Below are positions 59,713 through 64,000 of a DNA stretch of 64,000 nt, piece after piece. Position numbers and translations under genes: made by a program. Below the pieces are notes generated by a model, which worked only from the letters and a program-made list of their open reading frames with translations, made no database searches and was not told the origin of the DNA. Each line of letters begins with the position of its first letter. The stretch's first letter is position 1. Source of the DNA: Massalongia carnosa (lineage: Eukaryota); the NCBI GenBank assembly GCA_965645245.1, contig OZ287086.1, positions 434,001 to 498,000 on the forward strand, given 5' to 3'.

Positions 59713-60179
59713 ATAGGTGTGGCGAATAGGTGATCAAATCCGTCAAAAATAGGGTGAGTGGTTAATTACCCTATTCTAATAATCTGAATGGGGAATGCTC
59801 TGTGCTTGGTCCAAATAGGGGATGAGATCCCTCAGGGGAATGATCTGGACGGGAGAGCGCTCAGCACTTGGCTAGGGTAAGTGATCATGCCCCCTATCCT
59901 AATAATCTAGATAGGGATACTTGGCGCTTAGCTCAGATAGGAGAACAATTTAGATGAGCTAGGATTAGATTAGGGGCAACGTCCTTCAGGGGGATGGGGA
60001 GTGCTCAGCGTTTGAATGAAACAAGATATGTCATCCCTGATAGAGCAGCAAGGCTATGAGCAATCCATACTTCATTAGGATATTTAAGGAGAAAACTGTC
60101 TGCGGTAATAGCTCTCACGCAAGTTAAAAATGCAAGTTGCCAAATGTATCGCAAGGATTCCAACGAGAGAAAGCCTAGG

Positions 60180-61964
60180 TCAACCTTTACTCAACATGTC
60201 TATGAACTTCATGTTTTGCTCCTTCTGCTCCTTCAGCAAATCCATGAGCTCCGCATGTCGTTCCTTGCTCTCCACTCTCACTCTCTCTAGCTCCTGCTTG
60301 CTCTCCACTCTCTCTCTCTCTTCTCCTAGGTGAGCTCCTGTTGTAGCATGGCAAGCTCAGTATCCTTGTTCTGTCGCTTCTTCTTTGGAGGCAGTGTAGG
60401 CCTTATGAAGCTCTCGTTATTCTGTGACGCAGGAACACTTGTCGCCATTTCCTGCGAAGCGGTAAATTCTGATTCCCCTTCAGCAGTGTTGGTGGATATG
60501 AATGATTCGGAATTTTGCTCAGGCAAATAGGGGATAGCATCTCGGATTCTTTTCAAATGAATTGGGGCGAAATGGTCGTACAGCTTGCGGACGAAGTTAT
60601 AAGCCGTCCATCTATTTCCACCGTCGCGTGCGGTAAGATCGAAACTTTCGATGAGATGGCGATGGAAATATGTCCTGTCCTCCATGATCAAAGGGTAATG
60701 GCCAAAGATCTTGACTAAAGTGTGATCATGGGAAATGGAGAAGAAAAGGATTTCCGGATGCAGTTGATCTATTCCAGATGCGGCTCCAGATTCCCGGCGG
60801 GTCTTCTCTCCCTGTTGGTAGAGCTGAAGAATCGCATTAATTGCCGTAGCGGCACTTCGAGCATTCTGGCGATCGGATTCATTGAGCCCGTTGGCGTCGC
60901 ATTTCGCCTCGCAAGTGAAAGTGGGAAAAACAAGTTTCCGGTAAACCTCGACGGTGTATCGGATGTATTATGGCGACTGTGAAGCTTGTGGATCTCCGAT
61001 TTAGTGAATGCAGACGGGAGGAGACCCACTGTAAAATCTGGACATGGTATGGGACCCGCAAGAGAGACGACGTTATTCCATGGTATCTTAACCGTCTCTG
61101 TTAGATAGTTGACTTTTGATAAACCACGGAAAGAGAGAATTTCAGCTGATGGAACGACATTTGGTTGAAGGTCTCGTACGACTCTTCCTTCACCTTCATC
61201 GCGTACACTATTGATGACCTTCCAGAAAAGATTGCCCTCGAAAAGCGAGTTTTTAGGAATTTCGTAAGTGGCTTTCAGTAGGGTCTGGCATAGTTCTCGG
61301 GCGTCATGTCCAATTGCTGCCTCACCTATTTGTTGGTCTAAAATGATTCCCGCCGGCTCGAGAATCTCTTTTTCGTATGTTGAAATATGGGCGGTTGGGT
61401 AGATGCCTTCTCGGACGCCTTGGCTGTAGCTCATTGCAGAAGATGACCTTTTTTTGGTCAGTTGTTGGCTCATATTGGGATCCGGTTGAAAAGGTTTCTC
61501 AGGCCAGCGTCCTGTCTTTGTCCAATGCTCGATTGGAAGATCTTTTTCGCTGTCAATGTCGTTGATTTTCTCTTTACTTTCAGCAGCACAGTTTGGTGAC
61601 GAGATTCGTGCCCGTTTTTCAATAGGCTCGTCTTGAACGTCTTCGGTGTTGTGCGATCGCTTTCGTATTAGATCAGGTTTTCGGGTCGATTCGTGCCTGT
61701 TTTGAGAGCGGGGCTATTTGCTCTTTTCAGGTCGGGGATTTGGACTGGACTTTTGCGTCCACTCTGGAGAATTGACAATTTTGGGAGGGACAGGCGAGCT
61801 TTGTGGGACCTTCACTTGAGTTAGCTTCACAAAGCATTAAAGATGACAGACCTGCCTCTTTGCTGGGAGTATTGCTTGCTGATGGAGATAGGAGTGTGGG
61901 CTTTGGTTTTGTGGTTTGGCTTTTGGATCCGGTTTGCTGTTGTATTTTGTCCAAACGTGCGCTC
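60180..61964 (-). pseudogene. Fungal PD-(D/E)XK-like nuclease-fold protein (copy 2); disrupted and 5'-truncated
   Basis: PCPDFTVGL..LFFP(fs)FLTCEAKC..DRQNARS..FFSISHD..KIFGHYPLIMEDRTYFHRH..FVRKLYDHFAPIHLKRI; frameshift ~60910 and stop at 60326. Confidence 0.72.
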
Positions 61965-63996
61965 CATGCAATGCCCCCACGCCTCGCAGTGGCCACAGGC
62001 AATGAAAGAAGAAATAGATTCTCTACACGAAAACAAGACCTGGGTTCTCATACCAAAGAACGAGATGGAGTCAGGTCATCGACCTCTGGGGGGGAAGTGG
62101 GTGTACAAGGTCAAGCGTGATGTCGAAGGCAAGGTATCTGGATTCAAAGCCAGATGGGTTATCAAAGGGTACCTACAACAGTTTGGTGTTGATTTCGATC
62201 AAACCTACGCATCCGTGGTGAAGCCAATGGCCTTCAGAACCCTGTTCGCCCTTGCCGCCTTCTTCGACCTGGACATCGACCAGATGGACGTAAAAACGGC
62301 TTTTCTCTATGGCCTCATTGATCAACTGATATATATGGAGATTCCAAAGGGAACTGAGACAGAAGCCACAAAGAATATGGTTTGCAAACTGTTGAAAGCT
62401 ATCTACGGCCTCTAAAAATCTCCCCGCCTCTGGTACGAACGCTTTTCAGCCTTCCTCCTCGAGAAACTAGGCTTGAAACGCATCCACGCAGACCACAGTA
62501 TATTCGTATCGGGTGTAGGGCTGAAAGGTCCCGTACTCAGCGTCTTCGTAGATGACATCAAAATTATGGCGCCAAAGGACAGTGGGATAATCAAGCGAGT
62601 CAAAGTTGAACTCACAGCTTCATTCTCTATGTCAGATATGGGCCCCATCAGCTTTTACCTAGGACTGAGAATAGATCGGGATCGAAAGCAACGAACCATC
62701 AAACTGTCTCAACCGGTCTACATCGAAAAAGTGTTGGAGAGATTCTATCTCGACAAAGCCAACCCCGTCAACACCCCGATGAAAGAATCTGTGCCACTCT
62801 CCCAACGCGAGGAAGGAGAAGCCTCACCACCAGAGAAGGAGAGATACCAAGGAATGACGGGGTCAATAATGTTCTCCATGGTAGAGACCAGACCAGATAT
62901 TGCCTTCGCCACGTCCCTCGTAAGTCGCTTTGCCAAGAACGCGAGCCATCAGCACACCGAAGCAGTCAAAACCATCCTCAAATACTTCAAGGGCTCGAAA
63001 CATCGAGGCATAACCTATGGGGGGGATGAAGAACTGAAAATCGAAGGCTATTCGGACTCGGATTAGGCAGGTGACAAGGACAGCCGGAAGTCAACATCCG
63101 GTTTCATCTTTATGCTGAACGGGGGACCGATAAGCTGGTGCTCTAAAAGGCAATTAACAGTTGCTCTCTCTTCTACAGAAGCGGAATACATCGCACTCAC
63201 GCTGGCCGCTAAAGAAGCAACCTGGCTTCGTCTACTCCTCACAGAGCTTGGGGTGTTGGAAGCGGACCAACAGCATGCTGAGATCAAGGTCTCCAACAAG
63301 AACTCGTGCGTACAAGCGATCAACAGAGACCTCAACAGCCTCAAGCCCAGCGACGGAGACCCCACTGTTTCACTCAAAGGTGACAACCAAGGATCTCTTG
63401 CTCTGGCACACAACCCAGTATTCCATGCCAGGACCAAACACATCGATATCCAGCACCATTACATCCGAGACGAGGTGGAGGCAAAGAGAATCGAGTTGAC
63501 CTACGTGCCCACTGGGGAGATGATCGCCGACGGCCTGATGAAAGCCCTAACGCACGCAAAGTTCCACACCTTTGTCGAACAGATGCAGATGACCTAGAGC
63601 CAAATCAGCACAGCCACACTACCTGGAGCCACAACCTACCAATGAACCGATGCAACCAACAGCTGCTGATTCTTCCAAAAACGAGATAAAAATCGGTTCG
63701 TTAGCGTGGGCGATTCTTACGTAACTAGCGCATATCTTGTGGGGGGGGTTGGATACCAACCTATGGCGCTAGACATTATTATGGTCACGTATAACAGTAG
63801 ACCTATTCCGGTATGCGGCACGCATCCTGGACTTGGATGATTTTAGACCTTAAAAGTAGAGAGTCATAGAATCATGAATATAACAAAATGAATAACAACC
63901 TCATACTCCTACAAAAATCGCCCAGTTACGTGAAATGGCCGTAGAATTACTGCGAGCAAGGGGGGATCATACTGTGCTGGGAGTCAATTGGCAACA
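61965..63996 (+). mobile_element. 5'-truncated Ty1/Copia retrotransposon (RT, RNase H, PPT, probable 3' LTR ~63748-63996)
   Basis: [62 protein letters not shown]. Stops at 62413 and 63064; G-run PPT at 63741-63748; the LTR ends ..CAACA. Confidence 0.88.
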
Positions 63997-64000
63997 GTAT

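Overview
Eukaryotic, intron-containing DNA from a filamentous ascomycete fungus (GT..AG introns with CTRAC branch sites). It is a transposon-rich accessory region with no core housekeeping, rRNA or tRNA genes and no CRISPR array. 1-23 kb: mostly decayed accessory genes (NACHT-TPR NLR pseudogene, cryptic chromodomain gene, PD-(D/E)XK-like nuclease pseudogene, and fragments of APH kinase, AAA ATPase, OTT_1508-like deaminase and NACHT-WD genes), plus apparently intact AIG1-like GTPase, F-box and coiled-coil genes. 23-28 kb: a Tad1-like LINE carrying a solo LTR. 29-40.5 kb: an island of apparently intact genes (CorA-like membrane protein, amidase, alpha/beta-hydrolase-NB-ARC-TPR NLR, a small 7-aa-repeat ORF, an AsaB/CmcJ-like oxygenase). 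41-64 kb: a second LINE, solo LTRs, a Fot1/pogo element with nested insertions including a young full-length chromoviral Ty3/Gypsy element with a Tf1-type self-priming PBS, a complete PIF/Harbinger element, a probable remnant of a Starship captain (DUF3435) gene, a second nuclease-like pseudogene and a Ty1/Copia fragment. Family assignments rest on motif recognition by eye, not database searches.
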